Source: Ruminococcus albus 7 = DSM 20455 (GTDB lineage: Bacteria; Bacillota; Clostridia; Oscillospirales; Ruminococcaceae). From it: a stretch of 32,000 bases of DNA. The position numbers were made by a program, and so were the translations under genes. The stretch covers positions 3,570,001 through 3,602,000 of the forward strand of contig NC_014833.1 of assembly GCF_000179635.2 (NCBI RefSeq), read 5' to 3'. Under the pieces are notes generated by a model. It did not search any database, had not been told where the DNA came from, and saw only the letters and a program-made list of their open reading frames with translations. How positions within the stretch are numbered: the stretch's first letter is position 1; each line of letters starts with the position of its first letter. Shown here in pieces: positions 1-10,021 of this stretch.

Positions 1-521
1 AGATTAGCCTCGAACATTGTGCTGAACTGCTCGGAACCACCGGAATAGCCGCCTGTGTTCATGTTACCGTTGATGATATCCATAACAGGACCCGTAGCGA
101 TTATAACAGGCAGGAAGAATACTGCTCTTGCAAATGTCCTTCCCCTGAACTTCTGGTTGAGTACCAGTGCTATGAATATCGAGAAAATGATTATCAGAGG
201 AGTTCTCAGCGCGGTGTTTTTAAGCATATCTACCAGCGCCAGAGTATACTCCTGATCCTTACGGAAAGCGTTGACGTAGTTTTTCCAGCCGATATACTTC
301 ATATCCATACCGCCGGTAACCGGCTGGGTATCATTGAATGAATAAACCAGCGACATTATCAGGGGTGCTATGAAGAAGTATATCGTACCCAGCGCCCAGA
401 GTCCTATAAAGCCGTAGCCGTAAAGACCCTTCCTCTTTTCATACGAAAGTACGTGTTTTTTCTGATTTGCGGAATTACCGCTCTCGGAAGTCTGAACTGC
501 TTTATTATTCTTTTTGCTCAT
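1..521 (-). CDS. ABC transporter permease, MalF/LplB-like (5' part only; gene continues past the window start)
   Basis: Hand translation of the minus strand from ATG 521-519 gives MSKKNNKAVQTSESGNSANQKKHVLSYEKRKGLYGYGFIGLWALGTIYFFIAPLIMSLVYSFND... and stays open to base 1. A basic N-terminus followed by a TM helix matches the 311-aa permease at 6126-7061. The ATG overlaps the stop of the upstream gene (TAATG). It is not in the ORF track because it has no stop in the window. Confidence 0.7.
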   Translation of the reverse strand, partial: MSKKNNKAVQTSESGNSANQKKHVLSYEKRKGLYGYGFIGLWALGTIYFFIAPLIMSLVYSFNDTQPVTGGMDMKYIGWKNYVNAFRKDQEYTLALVDMLKNTALRTPLIIIFSIFIALVLNQKFRGRTFARAVFFLPVIIATGPVMDIINGNMNTGGYSGGSEQFSTMFEAN

Positions 522-2908
522 TATTTCAAACCTCCTTCGATACATTTTTCAATGCTGACGTTGTTTCCGTCAACAGATGCGGTAGCGTTCTTCTTGTCGA
601 TCTTTACCACAACATCGTTCTGACCATCCTTGGAGTATGTCGTTGTGAGAACATTTCCGTCCTCGCTGATCTCATACTTGCTTATGGTATAATCCTCAAC
701 ACCGCTGATCAGATTCTTTGCTGCCTTGTACTGATTTGCCGCAACATCTGTCCAGCCCCTGTAGTTGGTATAGTACAGGTCATTGTACTCGGTATCCTGA
801 AGCACGTCGCTGTCAGCATAGGTGAAGTCGTAATGGATCTGAGAACCGGAAGCCAGTGCCAGCAGGAATGTTTCATCTGTGTTGGAACTCTTGTTTATAG
901 GACTTGAAGCGTAAGGCACATAGCCGTGGATGACCATCTGATAGAATGGTATATCGTAGTCTGTGATAACGTATCCGCTGGATGATACAGGTATGTTGGA
1001 TACAGTATTCACATACGGCAGTACATAAGCATTAGCCTCATCCGCCATTAGCGAGCCTATCTTACTGCTTGCGTTCTTGTATTCATCTACCAGCAGGTTC
1101 ATAGTCCTGTTTCTGGAATAGGGATCTTTTCTGGGATAATCGCCTACCAGTCTGGAGGACATATAACCAAATCCGGCTTTATCTATACCCTTCTTCTGAT
1201 AGCTCTTTACCATTTCCTCAAAGGTCTTTGAATACTTGCTGGGTGAAAGCAGTGCAGGTGCTACGCCCTTCTTTGCTACACCGAACGACAGGCTGTAGGA
1301 TGACTGTCTTGAATAAGCGTTGGATATTCTTATTGCTGTGCTGGTCAGTGTCCAGTAACCTGCAGATGAACTGTCCATTGTGAAGTTGTTCATCGAAGGA
1401 TATACCTGAACGCCATCGGTGTTGAGGAACTCGGTGAACTTTTTGTTTCCGCCAAGTGTGCCCGAAGGATTTGCCTTAGTGGATATCTTATCCTTTATAG
1501 CTGCATTTGTCCAGTCATTGTAGTTTACCGCGAAGTTGTTTACGCCTTTGCCCTTGAGATCGTCAACTATCTCGCCTGCCTGCTCAAAGCCTGTTATCTC
1601 GGTTTTGAGATTGAAGGGCAGACCCAGTATTGAAGTCCTCTTCAGCACGCCGCCGTAAAGATCCATATACAGCTTATTGGTCATACCCTGCTGCTGCTTC
1701 AGACCCTTCTCGTTGATAAGGTAGTTTCTGTAAACCTCAGCGCAGTCAGCATAGTTTACTTCACCGCCGTCCTTACCTGTTACGGGATAATAGTGTATAC
1801 CGAAGCGCTCGGTCTTGATATCGCCCTTCTCAAATACATTCAGCTTGTTGGCAACGCCGCTCATGAAGAATGCATCGGAGGAACGTGTTTCAAACTCGAA
1901 ATAGCAGCTGTTGTATACCTGCTTGTTCTGACCGCTGACCTGAGCCCTTGCATATACATTGGAATCACCGTCAGTAGCCACTGCAACTATGCCGTTGCTG
2001 CCGCTTACCGTGGATATCACCGGCAGATAAGCCTGCTCGGTAACTCTGGGTGCCTGTAAGGGTACCATGGTATAATCTCTGCCATATACCTGCTGAACGT
2101 AATCGGGATAATTTCCCTTGCCGTTATTGTAATTAATTACAGCACCGCTGCCGTCGGGTATGATCATATAGCCTTCTGTAGGGTTGCCATCATGATCCAC
2201 AGCAGGTGCAGCTGCAAAGTAGGGGCAGAGCTGGAGTTTTGTGAGTATCTTTCCGTCTACGGTAGAAGTGTTCTTCTCCTCTATCTCGGAAGTATTGACA
2301 TAAACGTACAGACTGTCATCACAGAGTTCGTAATGTACCTTCAGCGTAACGCCTTCGGAGTTGTACTTATACTCGATGACCGCACCCTTATCGTTGGTCT
2401 TCCACTTTGTTTTTGCCTTGTTGGAATATACAGGTGAAGCTGACTCAGATCTTTTTTCCTGTCTGAGGTCACCGACCTTGATAGCGCAGCTTGAAGCTAT
2501 CTGCTTTCTCAGACTTGACTTCATCATTACGCCCTTTTCAGGATCGACCACCTGATCCTCGGAGAATACGTTGATAGGAGATGTCCACCAGTAAGTACCG
2601 CTCTCCTTTACGTAAAGACCGAGTCTTTCATTCTTTTCGTCACCGTAGAGAATGAAGTTATCGTTCTCGCTGAGCTTTTCTGCCATATCAGCAGCCTGCT
2701 CATCACTAATCTTTTCGGGAAGCTCGTCCTCGCTGCCCGTAGTTTCCTCATCGCCGGAAGCTGTTTCTTCAGCGCCAACTGCAGCATCTTCGACCGCGGC
2801 AGTATCCTCTTCGGCATCTGCCGAAGTAACAGCCATAGAACCCAGAGGCATCAGCATAGTAAGGCACAATCCAAAGACAATTGCTTTTTTATAACTTTTG
2901 TTATGCAT
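521..2908 (-). CDS. Secreted 795-aa protein of unknown family (signal peptide, acidic linker, large globular region; possibly glycan-active)
   Basis: Long ORF. The N-terminus KKAIVFGLCLTMLMPLGSMAVTSADA looks like a signal peptide and is followed by an E/D/T-rich linker. GGTGGTG RBS lies 5 nt upstream of the ATG. I cannot assign a family by eye. Confidence 0.8.
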   Translation of the reverse strand: MHNKSYKKAIVFGLCLTMLMPLGSMAVTSADAEEDTAAVEDAAVGAEETASGDEETTGSEDELPEKISDEQAADMAEKLSENDNFILYGDEKNERLGLYVKESGTYWWTSPINVFSEDQVVDPEKGVMMKSSLRKQIASSCAIKVGDLRQEKRSESASPVYSNKAKTKWKTNDKGAVIEYKYNSEGVTLKVHYELCDDSLYVYVNTSEIEEKNTSTVDGKILTKLQLCPYFAAAPAVDHDGNPTEGYMIIPDGSGAVINYNNGKGNYPDYVQQVYGRDYTMVPLQAPRVTEQAYLPVISTVSGSNGIVAVATDGDSNVYARAQVSGQNKQVYNSCYFEFETRSSDAFFMSGVANKLNVFEKGDIKTERFGIHYYPVTGKDGGEVNYADCAEVYRNYLINEKGLKQQQGMTNKLYMDLYGGVLKRTSILGLPFNLKTEITGFEQAGEIVDDLKGKGVNNFAVNYNDWTNAAIKDKISTKANPSGTLGGNKKFTEFLNTDGVQVYPSMNNFTMDSSSAGYWTLTSTAIRISNAYSRQSSYSLSFGVAKKGVAPALLSPSKYSKTFEEMVKSYQKKGIDKAGFGYMSSRLVGDYPRKDPYSRNRTMNLLVDEYKNASSKIGSLMADEANAYVLPYVNTVSNIPVSSSGYVITDYDIPFYQMVIHGYVPYASSPINKSSNTDETFLLALASGSQIHYDFTYADSDVLQDTEYNDLYYTNYRGWTDVAANQYKAAKNLISGVEDYTISKYEISEDGNVLTTTYSKDGQNDVVVKIDKKNATASVDGNNVSIEKCIEGGLK

Positions 2909-2930
2909 TTTAACACCACCGTTTCTATAT

Positions 2931-3560
2931 TTAGCCTCGGATCCTATACGCGATCTCTGTATAGATCTGATAGAAGAATACGTAAACCTGCTGGAACAGT
3001 GAGAGCAGAAGTATCGCCAGGAACAGTATCAGCAGCATAGCTATCAGTGTCAGGATCATTGATATGAGCGTTTTGCCGAATGAATACTGATGGCAGGCTC
3101 TCATTGCCTGTATCATAAGAACTAACGACCAGCCATAGCCCAGATAGTAGAGGGCGTTCAGCCAGATCGCTTCCTCCTGTACCAGGAAGTTGGAGAGGAC
3201 CACGCTTATAAGTGTGCAACCGATGAATGGTACCAGAGAATAAGCGGAGTATATGCATATCCTCCTGAATGTGCCCTCGCCTTCCAGCAGTGTGCATATC
3301 GACCAGTTGCCGATGCACCAGGTTATGTAGTATACCACCGACTGAACTATCAGGGGGACTACATTGAATACTTTTACATAGTTACCGTTGAACTGAAAGC
3401 CGGTCAGCTGTCTTGAAGCGACCATTGCCACGAACAGCATGAATACGATGATCATTGAGATCTTCACCGAACCCTGCTTTTTCCATCTCAGATCTTCAAA
3501 ACCCTCAACAGGGTGGAAGATACAATGCTTCAGCCAACCTATAGGTGTAAATTCATACAT
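2931..3560 (-). CDS. Yip1-like polytopic membrane protein (about 5 TM)
   Basis: 209 aa. A short soluble N-terminus (FHPVEGFEDLRWKKQGS) is followed by five hydrophobic helices. GGAGGG RBS. The gene starts 4 nt after the upstream stop. The family call rests on architecture only. Confidence 0.55.
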   Translation of the reverse strand: MYEFTPIGWLKHCIFHPVEGFEDLRWKKQGSVKISMIIVFMLFVAMVASRQLTGFQFNGNYVKVFNVVPLIVQSVVYYITWCIGNWSICTLLEGEGTFRRICIYSAYSLVPFIGCTLISVVLSNFLVQEEAIWLNALYYLGYGWSLVLMIQAMRACHQYSFGKTLISMILTLIAMLLILFLAILLLSLFQQVYVFFYQIYTEIAYRIRG

Positions 3561-3563
3561 AGT

Positions 3564-5159
3564 TTATCTTCCCTCCCTCTTTGACTTCTTTTTGAATCTG
3601 CCTTTGATGACATAGATGTTTTTCTTGTGAAGCTTGGATACTACTATCATCCATACCACCAGCACTGCCAGTATCGTTACCATAGCAGTGAAGTGCTTCT
3701 CGATGAACTCGTTTCTTGCATACTTGAACGCTCTGTCATAGGATCTCTGAGCATAAGCTGTTTCAAAGTAATCCAGAGCCTTCTGGTATTCGCCCTCATT
3801 CAGTGCAGCCTTGCCGAGACCCATGTAAGCCATAGGATAACCGCCGTCTCTTGCGATGACGTTCTCCCATACAGGCTTAGCCTCTGAATATCTGCCCTGA
3901 TCGTAAAGCTCGACAGCCTCATGCATCAGCGTACCGAAGGTAGTTTCCGAATATACGGTAACATCGTTCTTTGAACCGTCAAGCACGTAGATATTTCCGT
4001 TATAAGCCTCCAGCGCATTTGGGTTTGAAAAACTTCCGCGCTGGTCGTTGGTGGAGTTCTTTGTACCGAAGATACAAAGCAGATCAGCATTTCTGTCATA
4101 CTGGAAAACACGTCCGGTGGAGAAATCCAGCACGTTTATCAGACCGTTATCGGATATACATATATCCGTAAGTCTGGTCGAGTATGTCTGGTTCTGTGCA
4201 GCATCGTACTCAGATGCCATATCACCGAATATGTAGGTATCACCTGTGGAGTTGTTCCAGATATTGTAGCCTGCGGGGTTCAGCTTCTTTACTGCGTCCG
4301 TGGTAGCGTTAGCCGCCTCGGTAACGGTATATATGAAACCGCCGTCGTCTATATCGAAGTTTGCATACTCAACAGGTACGTTTCTCTGCATACCCGAGAT
4401 CTGCTCGTTTGATGCGAACTTTCTCCAGAGCTTCTGTGCGATAACGGCAGCCGTTACCTCAACTCGGTTTGCACCGAAGTATCCCTGGAACTTGCCGGTC
4501 TTTGTGAACTGCACCGCACCCTGGTTTACAGAGGTACAAACTGCGTACACGTTCTCTGCCTTATCAGCAACCACCTTTGAGGGGTTGAAAGTCTCAACGG
4601 TATAAAGATCGGTCTCGGGTCTTGTGTATTCCATAACGAGTTCAAGTTCTGTATTGGATTCCACCGAAGCCTTGACCACTCTGGAATTTTCATAGTCTGC
4701 AATGTATATGTAAAGCTTGCCGTCCAGTACGCTGCGCTTTACATAAACACCCGAAGGTGCTGCAAAGTTCTTGCCGTCTGAAGCGCCTGTATAAGCGCCT
4801 ATCAGCTTCAGCTCATCGTCCAGTCTGAGGATACGGTTATTATCGGTATCCGCGATCCAGAACTGTTTGAGTTCAGGTTCAAAGAAAAGATCCTTTGAAT
4901 TTGCAAGTCTTGCGGATGCCTTTTCACCGATGTACAGCGGATCGGAGGGATCCGCAAGTCTGCTGAGTCCCATATCATATCCTGTAACGGTCTTGTCGAT
5001 ACGGTAAGCGTTCTGCGAAGGTATCGGGTCGCCCCAGGCATCGTATATATAGGACTTGTAGGGTTCTCCTGCGTAAGCATTCAGCGTCATCGACATTGCA
5101 GCGACGGCAGCCATTCCTGCGCAGAGAATCTTTTTAAAAGATTTTTTTATTCTCAACAC
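3564..5159 (-). CDS. Exported NHL-like beta-propeller plus TPR protein with a C-terminal membrane anchor
   Basis: GTG start preceded by an AAGGTGA RBS. Signal peptide CAGMAAVAAMSMTLNAYA. Repeated NHL-like blades (FWIADTDNNRILRLD, IYIADYENSRVVK, INVLDFSTGRVFQYD, IYVLDGSKNDVTVY). TPR-like segment (YDQGRYSEAKPVWE...GEYQKALDYFETAY). C-terminal TM helix MVTILAVLVVWMIVV followed by a basic tail. Confidence 0.65.
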   Translation of the reverse strand: MLRIKKSFKKILCAGMAAVAAMSMTLNAYAGEPYKSYIYDAWGDPIPSQNAYRIDKTVTGYDMGLSRLADPSDPLYIGEKASARLANSKDLFFEPELKQFWIADTDNNRILRLDDELKLIGAYTGASDGKNFAAPSGVYVKRSVLDGKLYIYIADYENSRVVKASVESNTELELVMEYTRPETDLYTVETFNPSKVVADKAENVYAVCTSVNQGAVQFTKTGKFQGYFGANRVEVTAAVIAQKLWRKFASNEQISGMQRNVPVEYANFDIDDGGFIYTVTEAANATTDAVKKLNPAGYNIWNNSTGDTYIFGDMASEYDAAQNQTYSTRLTDICISDNGLINVLDFSTGRVFQYDRNADLLCIFGTKNSTNDQRGSFSNPNALEAYNGNIYVLDGSKNDVTVYSETTFGTLMHEAVELYDQGRYSEAKPVWENVIARDGGYPMAYMGLGKAALNEGEYQKALDYFETAYAQRSYDRAFKYARNEFIEKHFTAMVTILAVLVVWMIVVSKLHKKNIYVIKGRFKKKSKREGR

Positions 5160-5204
5160 TACTTATCACCTTTTTCCTTTTCTAGTTCTCATGTCGGATA
5201 CGTA

Positions 5205-6107
5205 TTAATCCTTCATACCGGAATTCGCCATGGTCTCCATAACGTTGCCCTGGGCAACCAGGAATACCAGCAGCGGTGGGATGAGAAGTACAACACTCGA
5301 AGCGAAGGTTACGCCCTGACGTGCAAGACCTGCAGCCGATATCTGCTGTACAACAGTAGGTAGTGTTTTGAGTTCTTCCGAATATATCAGAGCGCCGCCC
5401 TGCATATTCCATGCACCCTGGAATGCGAAGATTATCAGGGTCATCAGTGCGGGCTTGGAGTTGGGAACAACGATCTGCCAGCATATCCTGAACAGACTTG
5501 CGCCGTCCACCTTTGCAGCCTCTACCATAGCGTCATGTATCGTGGACATTGACTGTCTCATCAGGTACAGACCGATAGATGTGGAGATACTTGGGAGTAT
5601 CAGTGCCCAGTAGGTATCTATCATCCTCAGCTTAGCCATTACCATGAACTGCATTATCCATGTAGCGTTTGAAGCGAACAGCAGTGCAAGTACTATCACC
5701 TGGTTGATGAACTTATAACCGGGGAAACGGCACTTTGAAAGCACGAATGCCGCACAGCAGCAAACAAACAGGTTCGCACCGCAGATAACGATGGTTATGA
5801 AGAAGCTGTTGAAGATATATCTGGAAAGCGGCACCTGCCATGAGTTAGCCGCAACTCTGAACATATCCGAGAAGTTCCTTCCCGTGGGATTGATAACGTA
5901 AAGCTTCGGCGGGAACACGAACAGTTCCTCAACAGGCTTTAACGACTGTATCACCGAGTAGTACAGCGGGAATACCATGAATGCACCCAGAAGCACCAAA
6001 AATATGAATATGCAGACATCGCCCGCCCTTGAGCCGTTGATAGGCTTTTTCTTATCAGAGACCTTGAGCTTCTCGATAGACTGCTTCTTTTTCTTTCTTC
6101 CAGCCAT
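5205..6107 (-). CDS. Carbohydrate-type ABC transporter permease (MalG/LplC-like)
   Basis: 300 aa and polytopic. EAA-loop motif EAAKVDGASLFRICWQIVVPNSKPAL. Lys-rich N-terminus. Confidence 0.85.
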   Translation of the reverse strand: MAGRKKKKQSIEKLKVSDKKKPINGSRAGDVCIFIFLVLLGAFMVFPLYYSVIQSLKPVEELFVFPPKLYVINPTGRNFSDMFRVAANSWQVPLSRYIFNSFFITIVICGANLFVCCCAAFVLSKCRFPGYKFINQVIVLALLFASNATWIMQFMVMAKLRMIDTYWALILPSISTSIGLYLMRQSMSTIHDAMVEAAKVDGASLFRICWQIVVPNSKPALMTLIIFAFQGAWNMQGGALIYSEELKTLPTVVQQISAAGLARQGVTFASSVVLLIPPLLVFLVAQGNVMETMANSGMKD

Positions 6108-6125
6108 TTGAAATATTCCCCCCTT

Positions 6126-7061
6126 TTAGTCAAGATACTTGCCGAGTATCCAGTTGACACCCTTGTTGGCAAGAAGCATCGCAGCGAAGAGTACGAAACA
6201 TATCGCTGACGAATAGCCCATCTCATAACGTACCCAGCCGTAGTCTGTAGCGTGGTTCATTATGGTATGTGCAGCGTAGTCGGTGGAAGGCAGACCAACG
6301 AGGTTCTGACCTACCATACCAACTGTGAACGAAGTGGATATCTGCATAACTGCAGCGAACAGCAGCTGGGGTCCCATGGAAGGGATAGTGATCTTGAAAA
6401 GTTCCTGCCATCTGTTCTTGATGCCCTCGATAGCACCTGCCTCGTACATAGACTTGTCTATGTTCTGGAAGCCTGCACGTATCGCAAGGAAGCCTGCGCC
6501 CATGGACATCCACAATTGCACGATGATAACTACCGTGAGTATGTACTTGGTATCAGTTATCCACTGTGCAGGGGATTTGAGTATGCCCAGATCCATCAGC
6601 ACTGCGTTCAGGTAACCGTAGGAGTCACCCGAAAGGATCAGCTGCCAGGTTACATATACCGATGTAGTCATGGAAGGTGCGTAGAATACGAATGTAAAGA
6701 ATGTTTTCAGGAACGGGTTCATCTCGTTTATCAGCCACGCTATAAGGAAGCTGAGAACGTAGGAGAAAGGTCCTGTGAATATCGCGAATATAAGGGTATT
6801 TCTCACCGCGATAAGGAACACAGCGTCATTGACGAACAGTGTGTAGAAATTTGACAGACCCACCCATTTGGGCATCTGTATCATGTTGAAGTTGGTAAAA
6901 CCCATAGGCAGTGACATTAAAACAGGCACCACCGTAAATGTTATGAAGAATATCATGAAAGGAACGAGCATCAGGTAGCAGCCTTTATTGGCTTTAACCA
7001 TGTGCCAGGTATAAGCCCCTCTGCCCTGTTTGTTCATAGGGCCTTCTTTTCTCTTAGCCAT
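6126..7061 (-). CDS. Carbohydrate-type ABC transporter permease (MalF/LplB-like)
   Basis: 311 aa and polytopic. EAA-loop motif YEAGAIEGIKNRWQELFKITIPSMGP. AAGGAGAG RBS. Confidence 0.85.
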   Translation of the reverse strand: MAKRKEGPMNKQGRGAYTWHMVKANKGCYLMLVPFMIFFITFTVVPVLMSLPMGFTNFNMIQMPKWVGLSNFYTLFVNDAVFLIAVRNTLIFAIFTGPFSYVLSFLIAWLINEMNPFLKTFFTFVFYAPSMTTSVYVTWQLILSGDSYGYLNAVLMDLGILKSPAQWITDTKYILTVVIIVQLWMSMGAGFLAIRAGFQNIDKSMYEAGAIEGIKNRWQELFKITIPSMGPQLLFAAVMQISTSFTVGMVGQNLVGLPSTDYAAHTIMNHATDYGWVRYEMGYSSAICFVLFAAMLLANKGVNWILGKYLD

Positions 7062-7081
7062 AACACAACACTCTCCTTTCC

Positions 7082-10021
7082 TTATTCTAATCCGAGGTCT
7101 GCACGCTTACGTGCGATCTCGTCGTTGATATCCTTGTTGTACCAGAACAGGGTATCTCTTGCATTATCATTTTCGTTGACAACTTTTCTGAAAGCGTTCA
7201 TTACGTTTCTTGTAACGCCGTAGGAAGCAGGGATAATGGGTATCTCCACCTGAGTGTTCATCTGATCGAGCAGAAGATCTGCTTCCTTGGTAGTCCATGA
7301 AAGACCTCTCAGTGCTTCCTGGTTAGCAGTGGAATAACGTCCCATAGGTCCGAGTACGGATTCGATGTTGTTGCCGTACTTGGTCTGTGTTTCGGTGCTT
7401 GTGAACCACTTGATGAAATCCCATGCGCCGTCCTTATCGGGAGCCTTGTTGAATATTACACAGCCTGTGCTCTCGGAGTTTGCAGTATGGTTGATATTGC
7501 CGTTTGCGTCCTTTGTACCGGGTACAGCTCTGAAGCTCCAGCAGCCCTTGATCTCGGGAGCCGCAGCTGTCAGCTGATTGTAGAACGAGTAGTCATTTAC
7601 CAGTACAGGCATATCGCCCTGTCTGAATCTTGTGAACGCATCATACTGCTGCTGGAAGCTGTATGTGGTATAGAACTTTGTCCATGTATCGAAGGCTTCG
7701 ATAGCAGGCTGCTGATCGAAAGTCGTCTTCGTCTGATCCTCGTTGTAGTAGTTAAGACCCTGCTGGAGCAGCATCATAGCGAAGGTGCTTCCGTTCTCTG
7801 TAACGGCAGATACCATTGTAACGCCCGCAGTTGCAGTAGCGGGAAGTCTCAGACCTACTTCAAGGTAGTTTCTCTGGAGAGTGGGCAGACAGTTGATTAT
7901 GTTGTCCCATGTAGCCAGATCTGTTTCGGGATCGATATCGTACTGTTCCAGTATATCCGATCTGTAGAACAGCATCGGGAAATTCTGTGTACATGGCAGA
8001 CCGTAAACGCCGCCGTCGTATGTGTACAGTGTCATGATATCAGGAGCGAACCTCTTGGTCACTTCCTCATAGTCGCTGAACTGTGTAAGATCTACCAGTG
8101 TATCTCTTACTGCCAGCTGAATGGGGTAGTCACCGCCCAGGAAGAGTGCCATATCAGGGCCCTTGCCTGAGAATGTAGCCTCAGTGATACCGCCCTGTAC
8201 CAGCTTGAGGTTTATCTTTGTATCGGACTTTGCGTTGTAGTCACTGTCGATAAGTTCCTTGATAACGACCGCATTATCACGGCCGAGTGTTACCCAGCAC
8301 TCCTGTGCATTGGCATCTTCTTCGTTTGAAAGCGAGTTGTAGTCCTCAAAGAATGAACCTATAAAGGACTGGAAACCGTGACCTACTGTTCCTAAGAATG
8401 TCTGCTCACAGTCGGAGAACTCCACATTTTCCGAGCAAAGCTCCAGCTTATCAACTTCAAGGGGCTGCATTCTGTAAGTATTGATAAAGGTCGATACCGC
8501 AGTTACGTTATCCTTGATCTGTCCCATCATCTCGGGGATTATATCAGGCTTCTTCACACATTTGTCAAGTACTATCGCCATTTTTTCAAGCGTTTCGGCT
8601 TCTGTTCCGCCCGAACCCGAAAGCTGCTCGATCTTTTCCTTTTCCTGTCTGAGGAGCTTTGCGTTATACTCGAAATCACCGATGATATCGGGTATAGCCA
8701 CATCTATCATGTAGTTGTTGTACTCATCGGGAGAAGGACCTGTTATCTGTCTTATCTGGCGGTAATAGCTGTTGATATCGAAAACAACATCATCCAGCTC
8801 ACCCATTATCTCACCTATCTCACCGGGAACTGCTTCCAGTGTGAGGGTGTTGGAGCCTGCCTCAAAGAAGAAGTACATAGGATTGCCTGCCTTATTGACA
8901 GGTGAAACGACGTTCCAGTCAGTGTCATAGAAGAACTTGATCTGCTCAGACTCCTTATTGGGAACAACGCCGTTTATGTACAGCCTTCTGTTGGAGTACA
9001 TACCTCTCATCTGGTCCTGTCTGCTGAATATACCTATCTTATAGTAACCTGCCTGTGCTACATTGAATTCCCATGTAACAGCCTGTGTTGACTGGTTCCA
9101 GTTTCCGGCGCCGCCGATAGTATTGTACCTGGTCTTGGTGGGGCTGTATTCCTTGGAACTTGAGGTAGTATAAGATGTCTTGTCAGATGTGGGGTACAGT
9201 GTTCTGGAAGACTTGTAATTTGCAGTTTCACCTTCCAGCACTATACGCTGACCGCTGTTCTTGCTAATTTCGGAAGCCGAGGGAGCGTCATACTCCTTGG
9301 GCTGTTTATAATTGTATACCTTTATATCACCTATAACGAACTGTGCCTTGTCGGATTCGATGGTGATAACGTGCTTTCCTGCATCCATATAGAACTGCAG
9401 AGGCTCGTTGTACAGACCATCTATATCAGCCAGCGGCTTATCCATCTGCCAGGTGGGATATTCTATCTGACCGGGACGCATATCGTTGCCCTTGGCATCC
9501 TCACCGATATCGCCGTCATTTATCCACACCTTGTCAAGAGTTATACGCTGAGCCGTACCATAGGGGCTCTCGCCGTCGATAAGCATCGAGAACTCGATAT
9601 CATTTGTCGTGCCCGGCAGAGCGTAGTACGACATCATAAAGTTGTATCTGCCGTCCTGAGGTATATCCACCTCATAAGAAACAGAACCCTGCTGATTCGA
9701 CCATATAAATACATCGTCAACACCTTCAAAGCTGGTGTCTGCGCCTTTCTCAAGATCGGCACTTACCGAATCAGGCAAATAATCAGAACCCTTTATAACG
9801 ATCTCGTCGATATCGGGTCTTGCTGTATCCTCATATTTTTTCAGATACTTGCTGTACGAATTCTGTCGGATACTATCTGTACCTGTTATAGCTTCCGAGC
9901 TTTCATCGGCACCGCCCGGAGAGTCGTCTGTTTCTGCAAAAGCCGTCGGAACAAAGCAGCTGACACTCAGTGTGAGCGCCAAAGCAGAGCAAACAACACG
10001 CCTAAACATTGTGTTTTTCAC
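7082..10021 (-). CDS. Giant extracellular solute-binding protein: signal peptide, two CBM-like beta-sandwich modules, a linker, and a family-1-type SBP domain
   Basis: Long ORF. The likely start is GTG 10021 (AGGGTGGA RBS 7 nt upstream); an alternative is ATG 10009. Signal peptide FRRVVCSALALTLSVSCFVPTAFA. The C-terminal roughly 430 aa look like an ABC sugar SBP (GPDMALFLGGDYPIQLA..., YGLPCTQNFPMLFYRSDILEQ). The N-terminal half has two modules with the pattern W-x-V-x-V-x-x-x-G-x-Y. Confidence 0.8.
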   Translation of the reverse strand: MKNTMFRRVVCSALALTLSVSCFVPTAFAETDDSPGGADESSEAITGTDSIRQNSYSKYLKKYEDTARPDIDEIVIKGSDYLPDSVSADLEKGADTSFEGVDDVFIWSNQQGSVSYEVDIPQDGRYNFMMSYYALPGTTNDIEFSMLIDGESPYGTAQRITLDKVWINDGDIGEDAKGNDMRPGQIEYPTWQMDKPLADIDGLYNEPLQFYMDAGKHVITIESDKAQFVIGDIKVYNYKQPKEYDAPSASEISKNSGQRIVLEGETANYKSSRTLYPTSDKTSYTTSSSKEYSPTKTRYNTIGGAGNWNQSTQAVTWEFNVAQAGYYKIGIFSRQDQMRGMYSNRRLYINGVVPNKESEQIKFFYDTDWNVVSPVNKAGNPMYFFFEAGSNTLTLEAVPGEIGEIMGELDDVVFDINSYYRQIRQITGPSPDEYNNYMIDVAIPDIIGDFEYNAKLLRQEKEKIEQLSGSGGTEAETLEKMAIVLDKCVKKPDIIPEMMGQIKDNVTAVSTFINTYRMQPLEVDKLELCSENVEFSDCEQTFLGTVGHGFQSFIGSFFEDYNSLSNEEDANAQECWVTLGRDNAVVIKELIDSDYNAKSDTKINLKLVQGGITEATFSGKGPDMALFLGGDYPIQLAVRDTLVDLTQFSDYEEVTKRFAPDIMTLYTYDGGVYGLPCTQNFPMLFYRSDILEQYDIDPETDLATWDNIINCLPTLQRNYLEVGLRLPATATAGVTMVSAVTENGSTFAMMLLQQGLNYYNEDQTKTTFDQQPAIEAFDTWTKFYTTYSFQQQYDAFTRFRQGDMPVLVNDYSFYNQLTAAAPEIKGCWSFRAVPGTKDANGNINHTANSESTGCVIFNKAPDKDGAWDFIKWFTSTETQTKYGNNIESVLGPMGRYSTANQEALRGLSWTTKEADLLLDQMNTQVEIPIIPASYGVTRNVMNAFRKVVNENDNARDTLFWYNKDINDEIARKRADLGLE

